Shown piece after piece: positions 19,303-28,990 of a stretch of 55,380 nucleotides of DNA (the first letter of the stretch is position 1; each line of letters starts with the position of its first letter). Below the pieces are notes generated by a model. That model had not been told where the DNA came from. It saw only the letters and a program-made list of their open reading frames with translations, and did no database searches. The translations under genes were made by a program, and so were the position numbers. Location: IMG/VR virus record IMGVR_UViG_3300037339_000563, positions 1 to 55,380 of that record; one strand, written 5' to 3'. Source of the DNA: a virus (taxonomy: Duplodnaviria > Caudoviricetes).

Positions 19303-20724
19303 CTACCCGCTATCTGATCCAAACGATGACTGATACATGGCGTCTCTAGACTTACCGTAATCCTTGCACACCGGGATCGAGTCGCACCGCATGTCAACGA
19401 TAACAGATGGCTTTTTGGCATCACACTTAGATAAGCAAACCCTGACGGCAGAGCCTGGATCCCGAACCGGAGTAGCCAGGACAACGGTATCGGCCGCCTC
19501 TATCTCTGGTAAATATTTGACGAACGAAAACGTTGTCAAGATGACGTCGGCGCCGATGGCAACGGCTATGTCATCAGGCATCATGCCGTCCACGGCAAGG
19601 TCCACAGCCTTGCCGCCGCCAGACCACTCTGTCTCAATCTGAAGCTTAAGAGTTCTCAGATGGGCGACCCTGTCGCTCACCACAACGATCTTCCTGCCTG
19701 CGCCTAGCGCCAGTACAATCTGCTCGACGAGGTGCTGGTTGTACGTCGTGCTCGCGCACATATGGTCCAGGAGGTTCTCCTTGGAAACAAACTGCGGGTT
19801 AACCCTGGCCCAGTTACTTATCTTCCAGGTCGACCACACCCTTCGAATCTTGGGTACGTCGAGATCGGGATCTGCGCAGAATACCGGATCCCCAAGATGA
19901 TACCGATACGCCCTGGACAACCCCGTCGTAAACGATGCCTCCGGGCTCGCCAACCCTAGTCGCTTGGCAGCCGTAAGGAATGGAACGACCCTGACCCAGG
20001 CCATCGGATCCATCTTGTTTATTTGATGAGAAACTATGAACCCGAACTCCCCGGGTGACATTCGGCCATGCGACATAAAATCATGGATGTCATCTAGGGT
20101 GCTAATCGTGATGTGAGCATCGTCCACATCACGCTCTCCGCGACGTATGGTCGACAGCTTGGCGTCTGGAAGATATCTCCCGGCAACCGTTCTCCACATA
20201 GCCAGCGATGCCCCAGGCGGAACCAGCACCAGGGTGCGCATCTTCATGGTCCTGATCAACGACAGGCACACTTTGGCCGCAGCCTGATCCGACGCAAATA
20301 TGGCCATGCCGTCGCCTACAGTTGCACCGCAGATGGACTTCAGTATCTTCGCGATTCCGGTCTTCTGATCTTTGGAGAAGAAGTCCTCAGACTTAACCCC
20401 AGTAAATGCATCGACCAGAACCAAGTCGTCGACATCGCCATCTTGCGCCGAGAACCATAGATCACCTTCCTTTGCCTTAATCCTTTCCGGCCAAGGCAAT
20501 CCGCTCGACGAGCGAATTGATATCTCATGATCCTGGACAGCAGAAGATCTGAAGAACGCCCTGGGAATACCAAGGGCGCCATCCTTCTCTTGATATGCGC
20601 GATGGGTAATCGCTGACTTCTTGACTGAATCAACGAGCGTTAGCTTCCTGCGAAGGACGCTAGCGTTTAACTCGCCAAGATCGTCCAACTTTATCCATGA
20701 CCACCCATCGACATCGATCTTCAT
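19303..20724 (-). CDS. SF2 (UvsW/XPB-like) helicase homolog with degenerate ATPase motifs
   Basis: TLVLVP, KRLGL, RKIVVVSDRVAHL, DTVVLATP, IVDM retained; Walker A/B lost. Confidence 0.7.
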   Translation of the reverse strand: MKIDVDGWSWIKLDDLGELNASVLRRKLTLVDSVKKSAITHRAYQEKDGALGIPRAFFRSSAVQDHEISIRSSSGLPWPERIKAKEGDLWFSAQDGDVDDLVLVDAFTGVKSEDFFSKDQKTGIAKILKSICGATVGDGMAIFASDQAAAKVCLSLIRTMKMRTLVLVPPGASLAMWRTVAGRYLPDAKLSTIRRGERDVDDAHITISTLDDIHDFMSHGRMSPGEFGFIVSHQINKMDPMAWVRVVPFLTAAKRLGLASPEASFTTGLSRAYRYHLGDPVFCADPDLDVPKIRRVWSTWKISNWARVNPQFVSKENLLDHMCASTTYNQHLVEQIVLALGAGRKIVVVSDRVAHLRTLKLQIETEWSGGGKAVDLAVDGMMPDDIAVAIGADVILTTFSFVKYLPEIEAADTVVLATPVRDPGSAVRVCLSKCDAKKPSVIVDMRCDSIPVCKDYGKSRDAMYQSSFGSDSG

Positions 20725-20810
20725 CGTGAAGCCTCCGATCGACACAAAACAACACGTGGGGACCGAGCCATAAAGCCCGGTCCCCACTAATCGCTAATCG
20801 AAATTATCGA

Positions 20811-21593
20811 TCAAAAAGGAACGTCGTCGTCGGCCGTGCTCTTCTTGCTCGACGCGCCGTCCTTGTTGAACGGCTGGGCGTCAGCGACCAGCGACTTCAG
20901 CACGCCGTATTCCGATGGGGCCATCAACTCAGGGTAGTTGAACTGCGGAACCTTCATGGGGATGGGCCCGGTCGCCGGGATCTGGAAGTGATAGGCCAGA
21001 TACTTCCTGGTCTTCTCGGCGTCGCCGCCGCTTCCGTTGGCTCGCTCGATCATCTCCTTGAGCGGCTTCCCCTTGTAGGAAACAGCGCCCAGGAGGGCAT
21101 CAGCCTTGATCTCACGAACGTGATCAAGATCGTCACCCGTGTTCGGGGCGTTGGCGTCAGCCCTTGCCAAGGTCCACAGCTGACCAAGGAGAGATCCGCG
21201 ATTCTCCTTCTTCATCTTGAACTTGTTCAAGACCTTCGTCTTGGCGGGGAGCAAGATCAGGCGATTCTTGTTCTCGACGCCTTCCTTCGTGGTGTACCCG
21301 GTCACGTCGACGATCGTGTAGTGACCGACATAGTCGGCCCTGCCGACGCCGGGAGCGCCACAGGCGCCACATCCAGCATCATGAATCTTCGACGTGCAGG
21401 TGGCGTAGTGCCAGTGATCGCTCGTATCGCGCCACTGGTGCTCACGGATGCAGAATGGATCGTCTCCGATGAAGATGATCTCCTTGCTCGATCCTGCGCG
21501 TTGCCACAAGCGGTCAGGCGGATACCCCAACGCCTTCTTCTCGCCCTCTTTCTCTGCGCCCTCGTAACCCGTTTCGTACCAGCTCTTTGCCAT
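20811..21593 (-). CDS. phage-type ssDNA-binding protein (gp32-like)
   Basis: H/C Zn motif, acidic tail DDDVPF, adjacent to primase. Confidence 0.65.
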   Translation of the reverse strand: MAKSWYETGYEGAEKEGEKKALGYPPDRLWQRAGSSKEIIFIGDDPFCIREHQWRDTSDHWHYATCTSKIHDAGCGACGAPGVGRADYVGHYTIVDVTGYTTKEGVENKNRLILLPAKTKVLNKFKMKKENRGSLLGQLWTLARADANAPNTGDDLDHVREIKADALLGAVSYKGKPLKEMIERANGSGGDAEKTRKYLAYHFQIPATGPIPMKVPQFNYPELMAPSEYGVLKSLVADAQPFNKDGASSKKSTADDDVPF

Positions 21594-21678
21594 CTGAGAT
21601 CTCCCCGTTGGACCTTGTCGGTGCCTTGCGACGCCATTTTCGGCGACCCGCCAGCACTACCAGGGGGGTCTGACATAG

Positions 21679-22761
21679 TCAACCCTGGAAGCGCGCCTTC
21701 AGATCTTCAACCTCCTCTACTTCCATCTGATTCGGGTCCCTTCCGTCGGGAATCGTGTGCGTTATCGTGTGGATCCTTCGAGATAAACGCCCCTCGATCT
21801 TCTTGGCCGCCTCGATGCCGGCCGGATCTCCGTCCATCAACAAAACGACGGAGTCGAACCACTTCAATATCTTGTCGACCTGAGTGTTATTGATGTGCGA
21901 CCCGTTGATGCCGCACACGTTCTTCAGGCCGCACTGATCCATGTAGATCACATCGAAAGCGCCCTCACAGATGAAAACCGTGCCGCGCCCATCTTCATTG
22001 ACCTCGAACCACTCCTCGCCGAACAGGAATAGCTCGCGATCAAACCCGTTCGAGTGCATCCACTTGGGAGCCTTCGCCTCACGATCCGACAGCGGCACGC
22101 ACCTAGGCCAGTACGGCACATGGCGCCCGGACAAATTTACCAGCCGCCCCAGCCGGTCGTACTGTGGCACCGAGATGCGACGATACTGCGGATGCCAGCC
22201 TATCTTCCACTTCTGAACGGTCTCGTCTGTCAACCTGCGATCGGGACCATGCAGATAATCAGCGGCCTCCTGGTCTATCCAGGTACGCATCTGCTCCATG
22301 ATCTCTACCGCCGACTCGGGAAGCGCAGGGCTCATCGAGGCGCGCAGGAGAGGATCTGAGTAGTCCTTGCCGCCCGTCAGTGCGCCTGGGCCGCTGCTCG
22401 TGACCGCAGGCATAGCGTAGTGCCCTGCAGATGCGTCAGTCCGAGCCATCTGCTTGTCCAGGTTGACCATGTTGTGGTCAGACACAAATAGGAGCTGCGC
22501 AGACAAATCTCTCTTGGAGAGGTGCTGCAGCTTATAAATCAGCTCACTCAAGCTTCCATGAAAATCACAACCACCGCTCATGCAGTTAGCGCCACTGGTG
22601 TCATCGTCGGAAATGTAGACGGCCAACGACGGATTCTTGTCGACGCCACCACCGTGTTTCCACGGAGCAAGCGGACAGGTGCAGCGTATCTTTACTCCGG
22701 CGTTCCTGATTTTATCGCACCCGAGCATGCTCAGGAGCTTCTCGATATGTTCGGCCTTCAT
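21679..22761 (-). CDS. dnaG: DNA primase (Zn finger + TOPRIM)
   Basis: CPLAPWKH, LSGR, FICEGAFDV, MDGDPAG, GRDPN. Confidence 0.88.
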   Translation of the reverse strand: MKAEHIEKLLSMLGCDKIRNAGVKIRCTCPLAPWKHGGGVDKNPSLAVYISDDDTSGANCMSGGCDFHGSLSELIYKLQHLSKRDLSAQLLFVSDHNMVNLDKQMARTDASAGHYAMPAVTSSGPGALTGGKDYSDPLLRASMSPALPESAVEIMEQMRTWIDQEAADYLHGPDRRLTDETVQKWKIGWHPQYRRISVPQYDRLGRLVNLSGRHVPYWPRCVPLSDREAKAPKWMHSNGFDRELFLFGEEWFEVNEDGRGTVFICEGAFDVIYMDQCGLKNVCGINGSHINNTQVDKILKWFDSVVLLMDGDPAGIEAAKKIEGRLSRRIHTITHTIPDGRDPNQMEVEEVEDLKARFQG

Positions 22762-22779
22762 CGCAAAGCAGCGTCGCGG

Positions 22780-23220
22780 CTACTTGGGCGGAGGGTAAAC
22801 AGGACCAGGGCTATCGTCAAATTTTCCCTTCTCCTGAGGCTTCGTCCCGTTCAGCTTTTCCCGAGCTGCCCCATCCTTGGCGTTCTTTGGAGGCACTGCC
22901 TTGGTGCCGCTTGGGCCGTCAAGGACGGCCAGCTGTGGTTTGATCATCTCCCACAGCTGAGCGAAGGCTCGGTCCTTGTCGTGCCCAGAGCGCCCCTCTT
23001 GTTCGTGCTTCCTGTTCTGAAGCCAACCCTTACCAGTCAGCTTGATATCCTGAAGAACAGCCTTTTTTTGACCATGGTAAACATATCCCTGCTTAGCAAG
23101 GGTGTCTCTGGATATGCGCAGCGCCTTGATGAACCCATCCGGGCCGCCTCCAGTCGACTTGTTATAGATCGCCAGGGTTGAATGACGGACCAACGCCGGT
23201 ATGTCCTGCCATGAGGCCAT
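22780..23220 (-). CDS. hypothetical protein
   Basis: 146-aa ORF; TATTCT 6 nt before ATG. Confidence 0.65.
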   Translation of the reverse strand: MASWQDIPALVRHSTLAIYNKSTGGGPDGFIKALRISRDTLAKQGYVYHGQKKAVLQDIKLTGKGWLQNRKHEQEGRSGHDKDRAFAQLWEMIKPQLAVLDGPSGTKAVPPKNAKDGAAREKLNGTKPQEKGKFDDSPGPVYPPPK

Positions 23221-23245
23221 GGGCAGAGAATAGCACGATCGCCCC

Positions 23246-23620
23246 TTAGGAAACCTGCCGACCTGACTTCAGGTCGGCCCAGATGCCGCCTGGCTTGTTT
23301 GCGTTATCGCGGGCCACCAGGATGTCCTCCCGAGAAAGCGTCGCGCCGTGGCCCTTGCAGACCATCCCCCAGCGGGGCGCTGCAGTCTCCTTGCATTCTG
23401 GAATCGGGCAAGGCTTGAGTACCGTATACCCCCGGGTGGTCTTCCTGCGCCTGCGCCTGCGCCTAATCACAGCTGGAGCGGCGGAAACTGCGGGAACTGC
23501 GGCTCCGCCGAGAATCCCGCGCAGCCGATCCTGAAGGCTGACGACGGCCTCCTCGTTCGCAACCGACATCAGATCTGCAACGAACCGATCGACGATATCC
23601 TGAACTCTCTTGGATGCCAT
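23246..23620 (-). CDS. hypothetical basic protein with Cys/His motif
   Basis: GAGG RBS before MASKRV; poly-Arg tract. Confidence 0.65.
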   Translation of the reverse strand: MASKRVQDIVDRFVADLMSVANEEAVVSLQDRLRGILGGAAVPAVSAAPAVIRRRRRRRKTTRGYTVLKPCPIPECKETAAPRWGMVCKGHGATLSREDILVARDNANKPGGIWADLKSGRQVS

Positions 23621-23675
23621 GAATTTACCTCTAATGTCCTGTTCAGGCACCAACTACAGCGCCTTTTACATGACA

Positions 23676-23704
23676 AATCTAATAGGTAATGTATCGATTG
23701 TCAA
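23676..23704 (-). promoter_or_regulatory. sigma70-like promoter
   Basis: TTGACA-17-TAGATT. Confidence 0.7.
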
Positions 23705-23708
23705 GGAA

Positions 23709-24020
23709 CTAGAAGCCGTCCACCTCTGAGGTATCACAGTCTTCTGGAAGCTCTAGCTTTCTTAGCAATTTGCCAAGATAACCAGAAATCTCTCCTTTGC
23801 ACTCCCTGTCTGCGGACATGTGCATCAACACTCCTTTTTCGTGGCTATTTTTCGTTAAAACCACATCGTAAAGAAGCTGGCTACCATCTGCCCAAATATG
23901 AACAGCGAAAACCGACCTCGCGGTCACTACGCCGCCACAGCGAGGGCACATTCTGATTGCGTGGTTAGAATGGGACGTCATTGAAGTCATCGTCATCGGT
24001 AGCGAAAGAACTATCGGCAC
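23709..24020 (-). CDS. hypothetical protein (start uncertain, perhaps MCPRC)
   Basis: ORF downstream of dnaB. Confidence 0.4.
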   Translation of the reverse strand: MPIVLSLPMTMTSMTSHSNHAIRMCPRCGGVVTARSVFAVHIWADGSQLLYDVVLTKNSHEKGVLMHMSADRECKGEISGYLGKLLRKLELPEDCDTSEVDGF

Positions 24021-25302
24021 CGCCGCCGGAACTCCGGGTCGCGGACTGGGCTATCGGAGTAGCGTTGCTGCTTCCGATTTCAGAGAAATCCATGGCTCCG
24101 TGGTTCCAGTTAATCAGGAACTCATCGGGCATGCCTTCGCGAATCTTGAGCCCCTTGATGCCCATCTGCCAATTGGCGCGTTGATCGTCGCTCTGCTGAA
24201 GACCATAAGCGGCATCTGCATTCCAGCCTGCGACGTCGGTGATGCCAATATTGTCGGCGGCGATAGTCTGCGACTGGCCTGTCTTGGCCGAACGGTTGAA
24301 CTGAAGGTTCGTAATCGTCGCCACGCTCGTACGCTTGCCGATCTTCTTCAGATCGTCAAACGTGTTCGACACCTTCTCGTGTCTGTCCTTGCCAACGTTC
24401 TTGATCAGATACGGCCCATCCAGGCACATCAGGTGCGGCTTAGTGTCTGAAATAACCGTGGCGATATTGTCGATCGAGTAATCGAAGTCGCCTGCTACGA
24501 TATTAACCCCATCGCCGCCCATAATTTCTTCGACACCTTGGAAGAACTTACTCTCGACGAACTCCCCCAGTTTGCCTCTACGAATTTCGTCGTAGGGCAA
24601 CTTCAGGTGTAGGGCAAAGAAGCGCCTGGCCATCTGCATCTTGTTCATCTCCGTCGAGACAACCAAGACTTTGTGCCCTGCCATCCACGCCTTGTGGGCG
24701 CAGATGACTAGCGACCATGTCTTTCCCACGCCGAGGCGGCCAACGAACAAGATAAGATCCTCCGGCCACCATCCGAGGGTCTGGTTGTCCATCGAGGGCC
24801 ATGGCGTCGGTATTCCGCGCTTTCCAGCCTTCGCGTCCTTATAGTCAGCGATGACACCCTTGCCCAGCGACAACAAGGACTCGACCTTGCGAACCGTCAG
24901 GGCTTCTTCTTGGATCTTTCTATGGATCTCAGTCCATATCTCAGCCGCCCCCGTTGGGTCCTTGGTCTCAAGCTTTTCCAGAACCGCCTTGGTTCCATGG
25001 CGCTGAAGCTGCCAAAGTCGTCGCTTGAAGATCTCATCCAGGAAGAACTGATACGACTCAGACATCGAGCCGCCAAGATCAATTCCAGTACTACTCTCTA
25101 TCGCCTCAATAGAAGGAACTTCGTCGTAGGTGCCGAAGTGGCCCCGCAGAAACTCCCAGGCCTTTTTACCATCACCGGCGAGATATGACCCCTTCTCCTT
25201 GCCGACCTCTATTTCCTTATCGATATCCCTGTCGATGGCCGTCAGAACAGCCTGCCTGCCGCCACGGATAACAGCCCTAACAAACTCCTTGTCAATATCC
25301 AT
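23965..25302 (-). CDS. dnaB: DnaB-like replicative helicase
   Basis: GIPTPW, VGRLGVGKTW, STEM, QFNR, KIREG. Confidence 0.9.
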   Translation of the reverse strand: MDIDKEFVRAVIRGGRQAVLTAIDRDIDKEIEVGKEKGSYLAGDGKKAWEFLRGHFGTYDEVPSIEAIESSTGIDLGGSMSESYQFFLDEIFKRRLWQLQRHGTKAVLEKLETKDPTGAAEIWTEIHRKIQEEALTVRKVESLLSLGKGVIADYKDAKAGKRGIPTPWPSMDNQTLGWWPEDLILFVGRLGVGKTWSLVICAHKAWMAGHKVLVVSTEMNKMQMARRFFALHLKLPYDEIRRGKLGEFVESKFFQGVEEIMGGDGVNIVAGDFDYSIDNIATVISDTKPHLMCLDGPYLIKNVGKDRHEKVSNTFDDLKKIGKRTSVATITNLQFNRSAKTGQSQTIAADNIGITDVAGWNADAAYGLQQSDDQRANWQMGIKGLKIREGMPDEFLINWNHGAMDFSEIGSSNATPIAQSATRSSGGGADSSFATDDDDFNDVPF

Positions 25303-25542
25303 CTAGGCGACCCCGTCGATCAGTTCCCTGGCCTCGGAAAGATACGGCACCGCGTCGCAGTCGCGCGCAGCATACGTCACAAGGACACATTCAGTATGAA
25401 ACACAGCAAAGACAACCTCGTCGTCGGGCGGAGCAGTCCATCCACCTTGACCATCACTGACGCATAGATCGGCGGAAATACGAGCCGATTTATCACCTGG
25501 CTTAACCAGCTCGCCGCAGACCTCACACAGAAACACCATCAC
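25303..25542 (-). CDS. small Cys-containing hypothetical protein
   Basis: CEVC...HTEC. Confidence 0.55.
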   Translation of the reverse strand: MMVFLCEVCGELVKPGDKSARISADLCVSDGQGGWTAPPDDEVVFAVFHTECVLVTYAARDCDAVPYLSEARELIDGVA

Positions 25543-26216
25543 GGTCGTCCGTCTCCCAGCACGCGCTTCATAAGTCTAGCCTTCTCCGAATCCCGTAAAT
25601 TCTTACCGTCAATCTGAACAGCAACCATGCTCTGGCTAATCGCCTCGAACAGATCAGACCACTTGTCAGATTGCAGCGTAACGACGGACCTTATCGTCAT
25701 GATCGTCGCCAGCTTCTGCGCGGCCCGCCGCGCGAGCATCTCCTCCATCTGCAACGGACCGAACATGTTATCCACGAAGAGCGACTCGTTGACGCCGTCG
25801 ATCACTAAAAGCTGAGTTGTCTCGATCTTCCTGCGAACAGTTATCCCATCGTTGCCGCTGCCATAAAGAGCCTCCTTGGAGGACTTCATGCTCTCCGAGC
25901 GGATTTCCTTCAATTCGACGTATGTGACGAAGTACGTGTCCCTGCCCGCACTGATCGCCTCCTTCAAAATGCACGCCGCTGCAGACGTCTTGCCGACCCC
26001 TGGAAGCCCATAAAAAAGCAGGCCGCTGCCGGTCTGAACCATATCCACGATGTTCGTGCGATACCGTATGACAATATTGCGCACGTCCTTGTCCCGAATG
26101 TCTTCCGTTTTGGCCCCCCAGAAGGCCTTAGGAAGATTCACCCTGGTCAGGTCGGCGTGCGTAACCTTCCGTCCTGAATGGCCTGGAACCGAATTAGCGT
26201 CTTCCATCTTGATCAT
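25539..26216 (-). CDS. DnaC/IstB-like AAA+ helicase loader
   Basis: GLLFYGLPGVGKT, LLVID; between initiator and dnaB. Confidence 0.82.
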   Translation of the reverse strand: MIKMEDANSVPGHSGRKVTHADLTRVNLPKAFWGAKTEDIRDKDVRNIVIRYRTNIVDMVQTGSGLLFYGLPGVGKTSAAACILKEAISAGRDTYFVTYVELKEIRSESMKSSKEALYGSGNDGITVRRKIETTQLLVIDGVNESLFVDNMFGPLQMEEMLARRAAQKLATIMTIRSVVTLQSDKWSDLFEAISQSMVAVQIDGKNLRDSEKARLMKRVLGDGRP

Positions 26217-26240
26217 CCTCCGCGCAAGCGCTTGCGTGGA

Positions 26241-27509
26241 TCACCATTCCCCTGGCTTCTTTTTCACGAAGGTTCGCTCGATTATGTGGCGATCGGTCAT
26301 CTGATTCTGAATCGTCAAGAAGACTCGCTCACGGAAGCCAAGCAGAATCCCGATACTCGGTGCGTTCTCGGCTATTTTCCACTTTTTTTGTAGGTGTTCC
26401 CAGTTCTCGCAGCAGTACGACCAACCCCGCCTGATCAGGCCCTCATCGTCCTTGTAGAAGCCAACCAGGGTCTTCAGCTGATTGAACTCCTTGTTCCCCC
26501 ATGGGGCCATGATGATGTCCGGGAAGAAGCGCTCGTACTCCTGCTTGGCCCACCCGTAGAACCTGCCGCCTGACCGCCTCGCCTCCAGGCGCTCCAGGCG
26601 TTCTTGCTCCATGCGCTTCTTCCGCTCCTCCAGGGCGCCGGACTGAGCATCCGCAGCCTGGCGCTCGCGAACCTTCTTGCGTTGCCCCTGCGTCGCCCTA
26701 TCAGTCCTGGCGCGGGTCTGGACCTCAAGGTCGACAGCGAACTTCCGGTCGGCGTCTCGTGGGTCTGGCGTTTCCGGCCGAATTTCATCTTCGCCTAGAT
26801 CATGAGTAGGAGGAACGAGAGCCTCTAATACCTCACCAGTTGTCAGATCGTACTTCTCTCCGTTCTCCGAAATTCCGATCTTCCGGAACTTCGATTCGTC
26901 ACGAGCGGAGCGAGTGTCATCTACTTCTTTTTCATTTACCTTACCTTCATTTACTTTGACGGACATATTTGTCCGCTCAGGGGGGACAAATATGTCCGGT
27001 ACGGTAGGACAAATCTGTCCGGTATGGACGCCGTTTTTCCCTTTAGAATCAAGGGTGGACAAATCTGTCCTTGATGGACGATCCTTAGCATTGTCAATGC
27101 AATGTAGGCGCCTCAGAAGGTCTTCGTCCCGGTCGGACGACAGGATGTCTTTCCGGGACATTTTTAGAACGTCGCCATCGTATCGCTCAACCATGGACGT
27201 GATGGTCTTGAGGGTCGACTGAGACAGCCCACGGCTCTTACAGACGACGTAGCCGTTCTTCTGAAGGTTCGCCATGGCCCGCCCGATCGTCTTGTCGGAC
27301 GTGTCCAGGTCCTTGGCTAGCGTTGCATACGAAACGTGGTTGTTGCGCCCGCCAGAGGCTCGCAGCCGAAGGAGAGACAAGAGCCGAAACTCGCCGTCGC
27401 TCAGCCTCATATCCAAGATTTCAACGCCAAGGACATACGTTCTGACGACGTCAAAATGCCAGTCTTCGTTGACGACCTCGGATTTCTTGGTCTTGTCATC
27501 CTCATCCAT
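26241..27509 (-). CDS. replication initiator (N-terminal wHTH)
   Basis: SYATLAKDLDTSDKTIGRAMANLQKNGYV; internal iterons; upstream of loader and helicase. Confidence 0.78.
   Translation of the reverse strand: MDEDDKTKKSEVVNEDWHFDVVRTYVLGVEILDMRLSDGEFRLLSLLRLRASGGRNNHVSYATLAKDLDTSDKTIGRAMANLQKNGYVVCKSRGLSQSTLKTITSMVERYDGDVLKMSRKDILSSDRDEDLLRRLHCIDNAKDRPSRTDLSTLDSKGKNGVHTGQICPTVPDIFVPPERTNMSVKVNEGKVNEKEVDDTRSARDESKFRKIGISENGEKYDLTTGEVLEALVPPTHDLGEDEIRPETPDPRDADRKFAVDLEVQTRARTDRATQGQRKKVRERQAADAQSGALEERKKRMEQERLERLEARRSGGRFYGWAKQEYERFFPDIIMAPWGNKEFNQLKTLVGFYKDDEGLIRRGWSYCCENWEHLQKKWKIAENAPSIGILLGFRERVFLTIQNQMTDRHIIERTFVKKKPGEW
26961..27070. repeat. iteron cluster / putative replication origin
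   Basis: GGACA-N4-TGTCC at 26961, 26984, 27007 (23-bp period) and 27057; AT-rich TTCATTTAC repeats adjacent. Confidence 0.75.
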
Positions 27510-27539
27510 CGGCGCGCTCCTCGTCTTAGTGGGTCGCGC

Positions 27540-27568
27540 AAACTATCGACCGGGTCTTTCAATGTCAA
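27540..27568 (-). promoter_or_regulatory. sigma70-like promoter of initiator operon
   Basis: TTGACA-17-TAGTTT. Confidence 0.7.
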
Positions 27569-27668
27569 CAAAACGAAGAATGGCGAGCGCTTGACCTATA
27601 GCGCTCGCCATCTGATAAACCACTACATCTAGTGGTTGACGCCATAGCGTCTCCGAAAAAAGATCACA

Positions 27669-28298
27669 CTACGGAATGAAGTCAGATCCTAGATCTCTGA
27701 TCAGAGATCTGACGAGCAGTGGATGAGGGTTCACGATGGACCTGCTCTTCTGTACATGCTCAAGAGCCTTGAACCACCCCATGCCATCGTACAGCATCAG
27801 GTACGCTAACACGGCCGTACTGCTCCTACTGACGCCGGCCGCACAATGCACCAGGACGGTCTTGCCAGCGCTCCTGGCCTGGTGGATGACCTCTGCGGCC
27901 TTCCTGAAGACGCCGACGTTCGTCAGTCGTCCGTCCTCGATGCCGATCTTAACAAGCTGAACCTTTGGGACGTCTAGCTTGTAATCACATTCGATAGCCA
28001 TGTTAAGAACGACGTCGATTTCCCTACCCAAGAAGTAGTTGTCGGTGACCGACGAATAGCTTCCAATCCAGATGCCAGGATGTACCAAATCCGGCCTCTC
28101 CATGACGATCATCGGCATAGTCAGGTTCTCCTCCAGCTTCGTCGTCCAGGCAATCTCATGAGCCATGATGACTTGCTTCATCATGGCAGGGAGGGACTTG
28201 AAGGTTTGCTGCTTCCATTCCGTGAAGTTGTCTGTGTAATCACGAAAAACGGAAGGGAAAGCAAGGAGGGCGGTCATTCGGTCATCGACCTTTCTCAA
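27669..28298 (-). CDS. dual-specificity protein phosphatase
   Basis: VLVHCAAGVSRSSTAVLAYLM (HCX5R), IWIGS. Confidence 0.92.
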   Translation of the reverse strand: MRKVDDRMTALLAFPSVFRDYTDNFTEWKQQTFKSLPAMMKQVIMAHEIAWTTKLEENLTMPMIVMERPDLVHPGIWIGSYSSVTDNYFLGREIDVVLNMAIECDYKLDVPKVQLVKIGIEDGRLTNVGVFRKAAEVIHQARSAGKTVLVHCAAGVSRSSTAVLAYLMLYDGMGWFKALEHVQKSRSIVNPHPLLVRSLIRDLGSDFIP

Positions 28299-28301
28299 CC
28301 A

Positions 28302-28571
28302 TCAAACGTGAACAACCCAAATTGGCTGCTCGCAGGATTCGCAGGTGATTATATTGTAACGAACTCCACCGCGATACTCCGACTCGACTACCTTTATTTG
28401 CTTGATAACGCCGCCGTTACACCCAGGACAAAAAGAAGCATCTACAGGCTCGAACGTATCGATAACGAGGAGCTTCCTTTTGGTATACGGATGACGTACG
28501 TAATCCTGTTTAATCTGCTTCTTGGACGTCATTAAGCTGCCTACACCGTGTATCGACGCAAGGCTCCTCAA
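28302..28571 (-). CDS. small Zn-ribbon protein
   Basis: CPGC...CESC. Confidence 0.55.
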   Translation of the reverse strand: MRSLASIHGVGSLMTSKKQIKQDYVRHPYTKRKLLVIDTFEPVDASFCPGCNGGVIKQIKVVESEYRGGVRYNIITCESCEQPIWVVHV

Positions 28572-28987
28572 GTCTTCATCCCCTTGGATATTCTGTTCAA
28601 AACATCCATCGCCTGCTTAACCCACTCTCTGTGAGCCATGCCGTCCGTCTTGGATCCTCTAATAATACCAGAGATGGCCGACTCGATTTGTTCTTTGCTC
28701 ACCGCAGACGACTGGCTTCTGATTTCGTTGACGGCGGCGTAATATTCAGCCTTGGTAGGCCAAAATCTGCCGCCACCATTTGCGATGGAAATCATTTCCT
28801 GGATGGCAGGGCGAGACTTATTTGATAGCACATGAAGATTAGCTCGGAGAAGGCCGACCCGCTCGTCAGTGATGAGCCAGAGGCCGCTCCTCTCGTTCAT
28901 CATCCCGCCGACGATAGTCATGGTTTCGCTGGATGCGTTAGGCGACACGAAGACCGGAACGTACCTCGGGACCACCTTTGGGTTCAA
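28568..28987 (-). CDS. hypothetical protein
   Basis: 139-aa ORF in operon. Confidence 0.6.
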   Translation of the reverse strand: MNPKVVPRYVPVFVSPNASSETMTIVGGMMNERSGLWLITDERVGLLRANLHVLSNKSRPAIQEMISIANGGGRFWPTKAEYYAAVNEIRSQSSAVSKEQIESAISGIIRGSKTDGMAHREWVKQAMDVLNRISKGMKT

Positions 28988-28990
28988 GCA

